This document shows, in pieces, positions 1 to 13,892 of a DNA stretch of 64,000 bases. The number at the start of each line of letters is the position of its first letter. The stretch's first letter is position 1. A program made the translations under genes and the position numbers. Below the pieces are notes generated by a model that did no database searches, was not told the DNA's origin, and was given only the letters and a program-made list of their open reading frames with translations. This DNA is from Chrysomallon squamiferum (lineage: Eukaryota > Animalia > Mollusca), in the NCBI GenBank assembly GCA_012295275.1, contig CM022668.1:5456001-5520000 (forward strand), written 5' to 3'.

Positions 1-269
1 AGTCAGAAAGATACAACTATATTTTTGATTATTTATAATTAACATACATATTTCATAGATCGATTATAACAACTAAACAAGTAACTTACCACATCTGTAA
101 AGAATGTTCGATTATTTATGGTAATACCAATAACAGCAACAACAAAATAGACCAATATTTGATAAACGAAATTAATTTAGTCAATAAACTACCAAGATTT
201 GGTATATGGTTGGATATAAATTATAATGAAAATTAGTGATTGCTGTCTATTTACTTCATATGTAGATAT

Positions 270-1877
270 TGCAATTGTGGATATGTCAACTGTGATTGAA
301 ACTGCTGATCAATGTAGGTACCGGCAAGCAAAATTTTTCTGAGTTTAATTTACAAACAGCACATAATGAAAGCTGTAGCAAAAAGAATGTAAACAGCCAA
401 TACAAAGTCCACCTTCAGAACCAGGTAAATAAAAAACCAAAACCCCTAAAACCTTTTTAATTGACACAAGAATCATAAATCTAATAACTTAATTTGTATT
501 GTAACTTTATTTTCACATAAAAAAAAGAAACAAAAGAAAGAAAAAAAACAAAAGCAGTGTAATAATATTCCTGTAAAGGATCAGATTACATTGGTGTTTC
601 TTTCATTTATTCTCAAGGATTTCCATATTTTAACTTATCTTATTAGTTCTATCAATTATTTAAACTTTTCTGTTATTTATTATGCCTTCAACAATTTCAT
701 CATTACTAATAAACAAAATAATACCACAATAAAATGGAAAATGTCAACATCAAAAATTAATCAGTGTAATTATTTTTATATAAATACTATATTATTAGCA
801 CTAATATATAAATGTGTATATAAAATGTTTACTTCCAGTTGATTGTATTGTTTGTTTTTGGAGGCCAGTCTTTTCTAATTACAATATACGAGAAACATTA
901 TATTACCACAGCTCAAGTAAACTTAAACAGCATAACATGAATTTAATCTGACCATAATATTGAAGTGTAATATTGCTAGTCAATAACACTCGAATTTAAT
1001 AATAAAGGAAATTTATTTGTGGTGCTTTTTCATACGGCTTGCAGAAAAAAATAATACGACCTTAGACCTGGTAGCACTGTGTATTTTATTTATATTTTTT
1101 GAAAGAACAGCAAGAAATGATTCACCTGCATGGTTCTAGTCTTTTTTATTTTATCGTTTTACATTATTATTAGCAAATAAGTGACATCGCAAAACAAATA
1201 AAGAAATCAGATTAAGCTGCATATATTTTAATTTTATAGCAGAACTTACTTTGAGTTGTGTTACTTATTTATTAATTTTTAATTTTTCTTTATTTATTGA
1301 AAATCACCAGCAAATCAGATTCCAAACGTCGTACAGCAGTTAGAAAGAACTGATGTAGATCAGGGTCCTGTCCCCTACTACAAAATGGATGCTATTCCTC
1401 GAGGTATATTTTCAAATAAATATTTTACTAATTTGGGATCAATTTGGCCTCTTTAAAAACAGTATTAGATTTGGAACAAACAATATAGATGAGAGGTATA
1501 TGTCACACATACATATTCATTCATTTTTGTTTATGCCTTTGTGATTTGTTTGGTGATGTTTACACAGACCTGTACTGCTAGAGATTTGAATTCTCCAGTG
1601 TATAAGTCATGAATCCCTGCTCTTATTCCAGCTACTATATCTTGATGAGTGATTCATAAACACAGACCCAGTCTGGGCTCTCCACATTCGTATCACTGAA
1701 TATCTCTCACATTCTATCTCATTGTTTCTCTTTGTCTGTCTCCCTTAAATTTATTCTTTATATTTCCATTAAATGTTTTTCTTCTTATAGAATTAGCAGT
1801 AATTTATAAATATGCATACAAAATGTTTTTACATTTTGTTTGCATTTGTGTGAGTGTTTGTATGTGTCTGTTTGTAT

Positions 1878-1909
<32 letters not shown>

Positions 1910-4243
1910 TATTTTTATTTATGTTTAAGGTTTCATCTGGTGTTTTTGTTTTTTATGAAAATATTTTGGTTTCAGATCGTGAAATCAGCTTAAGAGAACA
2001 AAGGATACAAGGTAATTATACATTTAATTAATTTTTCATTGCTTTTGCAGAAAATATTTTTCTAATAATGAAGTACAGAATATATTTGAGTCTTTGTTAC
2101 TTTTAAACACAAAGTATAAATTTGTTTACTTCCAACTGATTGTATTATTTGTTTTTGGAGGTCATTCTTTTCTACAATATACGAGAAACTTTGTATTACC
2201 ACAGGTCAAGGAAACTTACAACATTATAACATGAATTTAATCTGATCATAATATTGACATGTAATATTGCTAGTCAACAGCACTTGAATTTAATAATAAA
2301 GGTTATTTATTTCTGGTGCTTATTCATATCGCTTGAAGAAAAAAAAATGATCTGGTACCATCATGTATTTTATTTATATTTTTTGAAAGAACAGCAAGAA
2401 ATGATTCACCTGCATAGTTCTACTCGTCGTTATTTTATCATTTTACTTTATTATTAACAAAACAAATAAGGAAATCAGATTAAGCTGCATATATTTTAAT
2501 TTTATAGCAGAACTTACTTTGAGTTGTGTTACTTACTTATGAATTTTTAATATTTCGGTTATTTAATGAAAATAGGAGTGAATCAGATTCCAAACGTCGT
2601 ACAGCAGTTAGAAAGAAATGATGTAAACCTGGGCCTCGTCCCCAATATGGATGCTAATCCTCGAGGTATATTTTCAAATAAATATTTTACTAATTTGGGA
2701 TCAGCAGGAATAGGCCTCTTTAATAACAGTATTATATTTGGTACAAACAATATAGGTGAGAGCTATAATATGTCACACATACATATTCATTCATTTTTTT
2801 ATGCCTTTGTGATTTGCTTGGTGATGTTTATGCAGACCTATACTGCTAGAGATTTGAATTCCCCAGTGTATAAGTCATGTTTCCCTGCTCTTATTCCAGC
2901 TACTATATCATAATGAGTGATTCATAAACACAGACCCAGTCTGGGCTCTCCACATTCATATCACTGTATCTGTCCCTCATTCTTTCTCTCTGTTTCTCTT
3001 TGTCTGCTTTTTTCTTATAGTATTAGCAGTAATTTATAAATATTTATACAAAATGTTTTTACATTTTGTTTGCATTTCAGTGAGTGAGTGTTTGTATGTG
3101 TGTGTGTGTGTATGTGTGTGTGTGTGAGATATTTTTATTTAGGTTTAAGGTTCCATCTGCTTTTATTTTTTATGAAAATATTTTGGTTTCAGATCGTGAA
3201 ATCAGCTTAAGAGAAGAAAGGGGAGAAAGTAATTATACATTTTATTAATTTTTCATTGCTTTTGGAGAAAATATTTTTCTAATAATGAAGTACAGAATAA
3301 GAAGATATTTGAAACTTTGTTAGTTTTTAAACAAAGTATAAACCTGTGAACTTCCAGTTGATCTTTTCTAACTACAATATATGAGAAACATTGTATCAAT
3401 ACTGGTCAAGTAAACTTACAACATTATAACATGAATTTAATCTGATCATAATATTGACATGTAATATCGCTAGTCAATAACATTCCAATTTAATAACAGT
3501 AATTTATTTCTAGTACTTTTTCACATGGTTTGAAGAAAATAAACATAAATGTGACTTCATAGTTATTATCATCATCACTGTCAACATTATTAATTACTGG
3601 TTGTTTTTTGTGGGGGGGTTTTCTTGAAACATAGGGTCACATTATACACCTTCGTTTTATTCCTTGTTATTTTATCATTAAACTTTATTATTAGCAAATA
3701 ACTGACTTGACAAAACAAATAAAGAAATCACATTAAGCTACATTTATTTTAATTTTATAGCAGAACTTACTTTGACTTCTATTACTTATTTATTATTAAC
3801 TTTTAATTTTTAACTTCTTTTTTTTTTTTTGTAAATCTTCAGATAGTGGTTATCGAGGTGTGGAAGTGCAGCCATCTGACCCTAACTAATGGATGCCATT
3901 CCTCGAGGTATGTGTTCAAATAAAGATTTTACTAATTTGGAATTAGCAAAAAGGGATCTTTTTTCTTTGGCAGAAAGGTCTGTTAACAGAAGGTTCACAA
4001 TATTCTGGTTTGAATGGGAAATAGCTTGGTTGCAATGCGAAATATCCTGGTTGAATTGGGAAATAGAATATTACTTTTCAAAATTTATTTTCATTTTATT
4101 TATTTTTCAGAGAGGATGTCTCTAGTTTGCTGCTGTTAGTAAATCATGAAGTAGGTAAAGCAAACGCCATGATGGAGGATGGTATGTACAAGCAGTCACC
4201 AGCACTGTTCAGTTCCTTGAGGAAGAAGCTGATATTTCGATGA
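270..4243 (+). pseudogene. Caspase-8-like relic ('gene 0'): 3' remnant of DED exon, linker exons and terminal p10 exon; DEDs, death domain, p20 catalytic exons and first p10 exon absent
   Basis: QSPPSEP|gt donor at 424/425. GT-AG exons at 1311-1403 (NQIPNVVQQLER..YYKMDAIPR), 1976-2011, 2576-2665, 3193-3228, 3843-3907 (65 nt, frameshift/stop) and 4111-4243 (EDVSSLLLLVNHEVGK..KQSPALFSSLRKKLIFR*). No SHG/QACQG exon lies between them. Confidence 0.8.
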
Positions 4244-5389
4244 AGGACATTTTGAAAAACTCTTGTATAATCATGTTCATGTTTTATATTTCTACAGTTC
4301 TTAAATGTTTACCTGATTAATGTCAGAAAATGGGTGTAAATACACAAAAACTAAATAGCACTGTGTATGCAAACATACATGGGATATCTAGAAACTGTTA
4401 TATAATTCGGGGAAGTTCCATTATTTTATAAACTAAGATGCTGGGATTAACAAACTCAAAATGGACATTAAAAGTTGCAAAGTAAATTCAGAAAGGCTGC
4501 TATATAATGGTTTTGAACTGGATATTTTTGACTGATGTCCTCCTGGAGACACACGTCTGAGGACTACTCAGTTAATTTGTTTAAAGAAATGTAAAAAGTA
4601 TGTTTCAAAATAGTATCTGGTTTCTTGAATCTTTATCCACATGCATTAATGTTTCAAAGATAATATATATTAATAACAACCTTGTATATAATATAAAATG
4701 TGTTGCGTAATTCTTAAAGGAATTTAATTTTGAGTTTGAATTGTATTTCTGCATGTGAGTTAAAGAAAGAAGAGAAATAATTTTGCCCTTTTTTTGAACT
4801 TTTTAATATTTATTTTTTATTTCGTATTCATGTATATCTAGTTTTACTGATCATAAATAGTGTATTTAGACATAATATATTTACAACACGAAATGAATTC
4901 TGTAAACTTTAAAGTTATTGTTTCTTGTTAAAGTGGACGAACAAGCATCTGGAATATTTTCAACTGACTGCTTTGTTTGTTTGTTTCTTTGACACATGTC
5001 AATGGAAATTTTGTTTTAATGTTTCGTATTAAATAATATACATGTTGAGTGATTGAAGATACCTAAATCTTTTCCTGTTGAATTTTTATTGTATTATTCT
5101 GTGGTACAAACTTAAGCTTAAAAACTAAGATAACGTATGTTAATAATTAAAAGATTAGTTAGACAGGTCAGTTAACCAGATGGGCTTAATTAGTTTAGTT
5201 TTATCAGTTTGCTTTTATAGCATATTGTTCCCATTGTATGATTTAACTATCTATTACCACTGAAGGTTAATTTATGCAATATATATATATATATATATAA
5301 CCATTATCCATATTGAATTCTTGTTTGTTGTTTGTGTTATTGTTCTCTAGTGGATACAGAAAAGTCATTTAGTAGTTTAAGCTGTTTCA

Positions 5390-8130
5390 GATAATTAGCA
5401 CCTTGTCACGTGATGCTATTATAGTCTGCTACCCTTTAGACCGGACGAGCCAAATTTTAGGTATCAATACCACTCAGACTAGTCACTGTGACAGTATTTT
5501 AGTTTTAAATCCAAGCTAAATTTTATAGGGTTTTTAATATTTTGTTTGTTTGTTTTTGCATGAAAAGTAAAAGAATAAATAAACTCTGTTAACTTTAATG
5601 TTAGTGTTTCCTGTTAAAAATGGACTAACAGACATTTGGTAAATTTTCAAGCGATTCAACTATTTCTTAATTTTGCTTTTTAATATTTATATTTTTTATT
5701 TTTTGTTTGTTTTTGCATGAAAGATAAAAACACTAAATGCATTCTGTAAATTTTGAAATTATTGTTTCTTGTTAAAGTGGACAAACAAACACCTGGTACA
5801 TTTTCAAGTGATTGCTTTGTTTGTTTGTTAAGGAAGATACAATGACGAAATGTTCAAAATAATTGATTCTTAATATATGGAGTAGTAAAGTTGTTAATTT
5901 GTTTAAAGAATTGTAAAAAGTGTATGTTTGAAAATTGTATATAGTTTCTTGATTGTTTATCCACATGCATTAATGTTTCAAAGATAATATATATTAATAA
6001 CAACCTTGTATATAATATAGAATGTGTTGCCTCCCTAATTATGAATCATGTAATTCTTAAAGGAATTTAGTTTTGAGTTTGAATTGTATTTCTGCATGAG
6101 AGTTAAAGAAGAGAAAGAATTTTGCCCTTTTTGAACTATTTAATTTTATTTTGTTTTTCATATCCATATATATCTAGTTTTACTGATCATAAATAGTCTA
6201 AATATAATCAGTATATTTTAGACATAATATATTTATAAGATGAAATGAATTCTGTAAACTTTAAAGTTATTGTTTCTTGTTAAAGTGGATAAACAAACAT
6301 CTGGTCATTTTCAAGTGATTCCTTTGTTTGTTAAGGAAGATACAATGATGAAAATTACATAGATATTCAAAATAACTGATTCTTATTTTATGGTGTAGTA
6401 AAGTTGCTAATTTGTTTAGAGAAATTTAAAAAGTGTACATTTGATCTGTTTGATAATAGTATCTAGTTTCTTGATTGTTTATCCACATCAGTGATGATAT
6501 TTACACTACACATCTTAAAGCTGAAATAAATAAATACTTTATCAAATAATAACAGACGGTTAACTTTTTAATGTTTTATTTTTCTCAGCTGTATACAAAT
6601 TCAAAAGCAACACAAAAATACAAAAAGTAAAAGTCAACAGTTTTCCCCCTTATACAATAATATCTACTGCTAAATTTATCATGTACTAACAAAATGCACA
6701 CCTATATACTATAGCAATTATTAATTTGCTTTCATTTATTACTTCTGTTTGTTTTTCTCAGATAATTAACACCTTGTCATGTGATGCTATTATAGTCTGC
6801 TACCCTTTAGACCGGACGAGCCAAATTTTAGGTGTCAATATCACTCGGACTAATCACCTTGACAGTATTTTAGTTTTAAATATTTGCCAATTTTTAAAGG
6901 CTTTATAATATTTTGTTTGTTTGTTTTTGCATGAAAAGTAAAAGAATAAATAAACTCTGTTAACTTTAATTATAGTGTTTCCTGTTAAAAATGGACTAAC
7001 AGACATTTGGTAAATTTTCAAGCGATTCATCTGTTCCTTAATTTTGCTTTTTAATATTTATATTTTTTATTTTTTGTTTGTTTTTGCATGAAAGATAAAA
7101 ACACTAAATGCATTCTGTAAATTTTAAAGTTATTGTTTCTTGTTAAATTGGATAAACAAACACCTGGTACATTTTCAAGTGATTGCTTTGTTTGTTTGTT
7201 AAGGAAGATACAATGATGAAATGTTCAAAATAATTGATTCTTAATATATGTTGTAGTAAAGTTGTTAATTTGTTTAAAGAAATGTAAAAAGTGTATGTTT
7301 GAAAATTGTATATAGTTTCTTGATTGTTTATCCACATGCATTAATGTTTCAAAGATAATATATATTAATAACAACCTTGTATATAATATAGAATGTGTTG
7401 CCTCCCTAATTATGAATCATGTAATTCTTAAAGGAATTTAGTTTTGAGTTTGAAATGTATTTCTGCATGTTAATTAAAGAAAGAAGAGAAAGAATTTTGC
7501 CCTTTTTGAACTATTTAATTTTATTTTGTTTTTCATATCCATATATATCTAGTTTTACTGATCATAAATAGTCTAAATATAATCAGTATATTTTAGACAT
7601 AATATATTTATAAGATGAAATGAATTCTGTAAACTTTAAAGTTATTGTTTCTTGTTAAAGTGGATAAACAAACATTTGGTACATTTTCAAGTGATTGCTT
7701 TGTTTGTTAAGGAAGATACAATGATGAAAATTACATAGATATTCAAAATAACTGATTCTTATTTTATGGTGTAGTAAAGTTGCTAATTTGTTTAAAGAAA
7801 TATAAAAAGTGTACATTTGATCTGTTTGAAAATAGTATCTAGTTTCTTGATTGTTTATCCACATCAGTGATGATATATACACCACACATACAAAAGCTGA
7901 AATAAATAAATACTTTATCAAATAACAACAGAAGGTTAACTTTTTAATGTTTTATTTTTCTCAGCTGTATACAAATTCAAAAGCAACTCAAAAATACACA
8001 AAGTAAAAGTCAACAGTTATTCCCCCTTATACAATAATATCTACTGCTACATTTATCATGTACCAACAAAATGCACACCTATATACTATTGCAGTTATTA
8101 ATTTGCTTTCATTTATTACTTCTGTTTGTT
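5390..8130. repeat. ~1.37 kb tandem repeat, 2 units (inverted copy of the 42650-46780 array)
   Basis: Matching ORFs at 5772 and 7143 are 1371 bp apart. The motif gtctgctaccctttagaccggacgagcc occurs at ~5423 and ~6794. Confidence 0.85.
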
Positions 8131-9107
8131 TTTGTGTTGCTCTTTCTATTACATCAATCAACTCACAAAGCTAAAACATTTTAATAAACATTTATGCATT
8201 CATTTTGAATTTCATGATGCAGTTTCTTTTAACAATGGTTTATTTAAATCAGCTTATTTTATTTGCATTCACACTAACATAAATTAATATGTAACAAGCA
8301 TTAACGAGTTCACTTTGATTTTCTTTACATTTTGTTTAAAATGATGTTTTATTTAAATCAGTCCATTTAATTTGCATTCGAACTAACTTAAACCAGTTAG
8401 ACATATTTTCTTGTGAGTGTCTAGTTTCAAACTGAACACTTTTAGATATATAACCGATGATTTTGATGTGCTGAAGTTAATTTTGTTATCACAATGCCAC
8501 AATTTAAAACACTTCATTTGTATTATTCTTTTGTTTATTACATAAATCCAGCATTTGTTTATTAAATTACTATTATTAATATTTTTACACTATTTTAAGA
8601 TAACAAGCAATTTTCCAAGTTATAGATTATTTTAGACATTTTATGTACAGTAGAATATTTTGGAAACCAAGCTTTCACCAGTGGCTCTATTTGAATTATT
8701 TTTGTTGCTTCATATTAGTATTGATGTTCGAATGTTTGATTTAAAAATATTTTGATAAACTAACTCTTGAATTTAAATATTTGTTTCATTTGTATAGTAA
8801 TAAAACATTTTCAAACCCAACACTTTTAAACAGATACGTTTTACATTTTAATTCATATTAAACAAATGAAGAAGAATAACAACAAAGCAATGGCCATTGT
8901 CTAAGAATCATAAAAATTCAAACAGCTGAAGGAATGCAGATATTAATAAAACCAGTAAAATGAGGCAGTTACCAACTTTTTAAATAAGAAGAATCTGCCG
9001 TCTGCCACGGATTTAGTTTTTCTGATTATGACACACACACACATTCACACACACACATGCACACACCACGCTAACACATATACCTTCATATAGATTTTCC
9101 TGTGGTT

Positions 9108-9110
<3 letters not shown>

Positions 9111-9168
<58 letters not shown>
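9111..9168. repeat. (TC)n microsatellite
   Basis: Directly visible; partner (GA)n at 41540-41614. Confidence 0.95.
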
Positions 9169-9172
<4 letters not shown>

Positions 9173-10699
9173 TACATATATATAATCATAAAATTAAATA
9201 ATAAAATGTACCCGACTCTTGTAACTCTCCTGAAAAACAGAATAACATTTTGAAAATGCTTTTCCATAACTTGAGAAAGGGATATGTATAACTGGAGTAC
9301 TGGACTATGTGAACTGTAAATGTTAAGTATATATATGGGAAAACTGCTTAATTTTAAATAATCCTCAATGGCCTCTGTTGTTGTTGTTGCTTTTGTTGTT
9401 AGTAGTAGTAAGATCAAGGTATTTATGTTGATTACAAAAATAAACACTTTAGACAAAGATTGTTCAAACTATTGTATACGATTAAAAATAAAATCTGAAA
9501 AATTAAATAAGAAAATAAAATTGATAAGTTCCAACAAGAACAACAGCAAAATGTTCTCTTTTCATATTTTTCAAGTACAAGTTCTGTGTATTTTACTTTT
9601 AACATTTCCTGATAAAAAGTTAAAACAAAACTACTAAAGACAGCAAATTACAGTAACAGTACAAAAAGATAAAAAATAAAAAATAATAAAAAAATAAATA
9701 TATGTAATATATTTTTTTAAAAGAAGAATATGAAAAGGAAATGATAATAATAAAAAAAAATAAAAAATAATATTACACAGGTAAGAAATTTTGGTAAAAA
9801 TTACTAAAGACAGTTCATTGTGATCCTACAGCAGATAATATCTTCTGTATTAACACTTGCAAAATCAGCAGCATTCATTATAATAATAACTATTGAAATT
9901 TTAACGTTATATCATACAGTAAAAGTAACTTTATACTTTTTATTATATATATTTTTTTACAATAAAGTAAGTTTTTGGATTTGATTTAAAAGATATATAC
10001 ATGAGGACAGTGAAAAGAATCGTTATTTTGGGGGAAATTAATCACTACCAACTGTTTACACTTGTAGATAATACACATTAACAACAAAATAATATATCTT
10101 TTTTTTATATTTAAAAATAAATAAAATATAATTAAAAAATGTTGAGTCATTTTCTAACAATGAACTGCATAAGGATTTTTTACCATTTAAATTGCTTTAT
10201 TAATTTGTTGTTTACGGTTGTTTTTTGCGGAACACGTTTTCAGTGGAACACCTAATTGGTAAGAAACGGCAGCCGCTAATCGCGATTATCTGCACATACC
10301 TATACTGTAGTATAGTGGTACACGGAAGGCCACAGGAACACGTAAGTCCATTTTATTAGTAACATAAATTATATGGGTAATAATGATATTTGAATGCACA
10401 GTAAATCTTTTGATATAAAACTTACTCCAACTTGATGTCACATTACATACAAATCACTCTACAATAAAAACAATATATATGTATTTTTTTTTTTCACATC
10501 AGCTATATATATTGTCTGACTATATATAAGAAAAAATAGAATTGTTTAATTTTACACAAGAAACTGTACAGTGTTAAAATTACACACCAAATTTAACAGA
10601 AATAACAAAAATATTTTAATTATAGTAACATAATACGGAATTCCCAGATTTATTTTTAGAACCGGATGAACATAGTTGTTACCTGTAGATGTTTATTAT

Positions 10700-10803
10700 C
10701 TGTACTCTGATTGGTTCTTCTAAAGTATCGACGACGCCATTTATGCTCGCTAAGGATAAGAAGAAAGCAGTTGCTCGAATTTACCAAAATTTCTGAGGTA
10801 AGT
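10700..10803 (+). promoter_or_regulatory. Promoter/first-exon-like module: inverted CCAAT box, YY1-type CGCCATTT, strong splice donor GAG|GTAAGT
   Basis: ctgattgg at ~10707-10714, CGCCATTT at 10735-10742, donor at 10797/10798; locally CpG-enriched. Copies on the minus strand at 39908-40005 and 59856-59952. Confidence 0.45.
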
Positions 10804-11653
10804 TCTGATATTCAGACAGATTCAGTTCCAGTTAATTCAAACCTAAGTCACTATATTGTCTGACTATATATAAGAAAAAATAGAATTGTTCAATTTTAGA
10901 CAAGAAACTGTACAGTATTAAAATTACACATCAAATTTAACAGAAATAATAAAATATTTAAATTTTTTTCGGGGGGGGGGGGCAAAATAAATTTTTGAAT
11001 AAAACAGCTGTTAAAATTTAATTAAAATAACCATTACCACTTATTTGTTGGAAAAAAAAAATTATAAAAAGAAAAAGAAAAATTTTGAATAATTCATACA
11101 GTATTAACATGTCTGTCATTGTTTTCATGCATGGAAATTTTAAGTTTTTAAAATGTTCTGCCATTTAAAACAAAAGTTAAAAGTGACCAGTAAGCCTTGA
11201 GATCTGTTAATGAATGAGAAAAATATATCAGTTATTATACCCGTTGTGTATATTTACAATAGATTGACTTGTTGAAACGGATTAATGTACAAGGAAGAAA
11301 GATTATTTCTTTATTTTTATTATTTTGAATTTGATCACCATGAATAAACACAATATAAAAAATATTAAAACTAGATTAAATGAACAAACATTATTATTTT
11401 ATCTGTTGGCTTTGCTTTAAAGAAATAAAAACAAATTTACAAAATTTGATTAATTATAACCAAATTAAAAAACAATAAAAAAATAGAAGAATAAAATGAA
11501 AAGAAATAAAATACCAATCACAATGAAAACAGTAACTGCTTTTCCCAAAGACCTAATATAATTATTTCAACATAAAATTTCATCATGGATAAACATTTAT
11601 ACAAGAATAAAGACTAAGAACAAGTAAATAAATAATATAAGGAATAAACAACC

Positions 11654-11853
11654 NNNNNNNNNNNNNNNNNNNNNNNNNNNNNNNNNNNNNNNNNNNNNNN
11701 NNNNNNNNNNNNNNNNNNNNNNNNNNNNNNNNNNNNNNNNNNNNNNNNNNNNNNNNNNNNNNNNNNNNNNNNNNNNNNNNNNNNNNNNNNNNNNNNNNNN
11801 NNNNNNNNNNNNNNNNNNNNNNNNNNNNNNNNNNNNNNNNNNNNNNNNNNNNN
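11654..11853. other. Scaffold gap (200 N)
   Basis: Run of N. Confidence 1.
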
Positions 11854-12711
11854 TTAAATGAAATCCAAAACTTACTTTATTGTAAATATATATATATATA
11901 ATAAAAAGTATAAACTTACTGTATTGTTAAAATGTCAATATTTGTTATTATTTAAATGAATGCTGCTGCATTTTGCAGGTGTTAATACAGAAGATATTAT
12001 CTGCTGTAGGATCACAATGAACTGTCTTTAGTATGATTTAAATCCTTAGAAAACAACAGATATATTCAGAATTAACAACTATAGAAAATAACAGATTCTA
12101 AAAACAGCAGGCAAAGAATTTTCTGAAGAAAAAAAAAATAAAAAATAAAAAACTCACATTTCTTCTTCATCTTCTTCTTTTAAACAAATATTATTACGTA
12201 TATTTATTTATTTAGTTATTTACTATTAATGTAATTTGCTGTTATCTTTTCAAGTTTACTGATCTGTAATTCTTAAAAGTAAAATACAGAGTTCTTGTAG
12301 TTGAAATGTATGAAAAGATAACATTTTTGTTGTTATTCTTATTTAGTTTTTCAAATTGTATTTTATTTTCAATCGTATTCAGTAGTTTGAACAGTTTTTA
12401 TCTAAAATATTTAATCTTGTAATCAACATAAATAGCTTGAATTTAATAATAATAATAATAACAACAACAACAACAGATGTCATAGAGGATCATTTAAAAT
12501 TAATCATATATATCTTTTAGAAGTAATGAAAGGCATTTTCAAAAATGTTATTCTTTCAGGAGAATTACAAGGGTTGGGTACATTTTATTCACTTTTTACA
12601 TTTTATTATCTGCTTTAATTTTATGAATACATACATACATACATACATACATGTTAACCTTCCAGTTAAGAAAATAACCACAGGAAAAGGTATATGAAGG
12701 TATGTGTGTTA

Positions 12712-12746
<35 letters not shown>

Positions 12747-12836
12747 ATAAACCAGAAGAACTAAATCCATGGCAGACAGAAGAAAAAAATGTTTTGTTCA
12801 TACATTTTGTTGTGTTAGACATACAATGAAAAGTGC

Positions 12837-12874
<38 letters not shown>

Positions 12875-13588
12875 CTAAAATATACTGGTTTTATTTAGAC
12901 TATTTATGATCAGTAAAACTAGATAAATATTAAAAATTAAAAATAAATATTAAAAAGGTAAAACAATTTGCAAAATTCCTTTTTGTTAACTCTCATGCAG
13001 AAATACATTTCCAACTAAAGCCATATTAAATATCTCAGCATCTGCAATGTATTATTTTTGGCAGAATACATTTCAAACTTAAATTAATAATTGCATGATT
13101 TATAATTTTAAGTTATGTACAAAGATGTTATTAAAATATATCAAGAAGCTAGATACTATTTGCAAGTAGATCAACTGCAAATCGCTTGTAAATGTACCAG
13201 ATATTTTATCCACTTTAACAAGAAACAATAACATTAAAGTTTACAGAATTCATTTAGTCTGTGATGCAAAACAAACAACGAATATTTTATTGATACTGAA
13301 ATATATTGCTTGTATTTTAACTATTTATGATGAGTAAATATAGATATAAATAAATAAAAATCAAATGTAACAAGCATATACCAAGTAAGCTGCTCTTTCT
13401 TTCATGTATATAGAATTTATTTAAAGATGTTTTTTTTTACTTTTTTTCCTTACTTACTTCAGTTCATACAGCTCGTTGATGTTAGCACAAATAGACAGGA
13501 TGTCTGAAAAAAATGTCAATAATTTATTCTGAAATAATATTGCTTTAACTGTGGAAAACATCAACTGCAAATAAACAAAAGTTCTGCT

Positions 13589-13709
13589 TCACTTGAATAT
13601 CAGCTTCTTCCTCAATGAGCTGAAATGTGATGGGGACTGCTTCATCATTATGACATTTCTTTTATATACTTCATTATTTACTAACAGCAGCAAATCGTGG
13701 ATGTCCTCT
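13589..13709 (-). CDS. Duplicated alternative terminal p10 exon of caspase gene 1 (EDIHDLLLLVNNEVYKRNVIMMKQSPSHFSSLRKKLIFK*)
   Basis: ctcag| acceptor at 13711-13710; 121 nt; phase compatible with the upstream p10 exon; open to TGA at 13591-13589; paralogous to 13760-13892. Confidence 0.6.
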
Positions 13710-13759
13710 CTGAGATATATATACAGTTTAAAGTAACTATACAAATGAAAAGTTCTGCT

Positions 13760-13892
13760 TCACTTGAATATCAGCTTCTTCCTCAATGAGCTGAAATATG
13801 ATGGTGATTGCTTCCACAGCTCATCTTCGAATTCGATGTCTTCTTTACCTACTTCATAATTTACTAACGTCAGCAAACTGAAGACGTCCTCT
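13760..13892 (-). CDS. Gene 1 terminal p10 exon (EDVFSLLTLVNYEVGK..KQSPSYFSSLRKKLIFK*)
   Basis: ttttcag| acceptor, caspase C-terminal Q-x-P..SLRKKL motif, TGA at 13762-13760. Confidence 0.88.

Larger units (their letters stand above)
4998..11653. repeat. Arm of a large inverted duplication; partner at ~39035-47381
   Basis: Near-identical reverse-complement sequence, e.g. ORFs 9368..9637(+) = 41074..41343(-) and 7655..7921(-) ~ 42857..43123(+). The arm ends exactly at the assembly gap. Confidence 0.92.

Noticed and set aside
2566-2913. 115-aa ORF as a stand-alone gene
   Set aside because: It is linker exon 2576-2665 read through into intron sequence.
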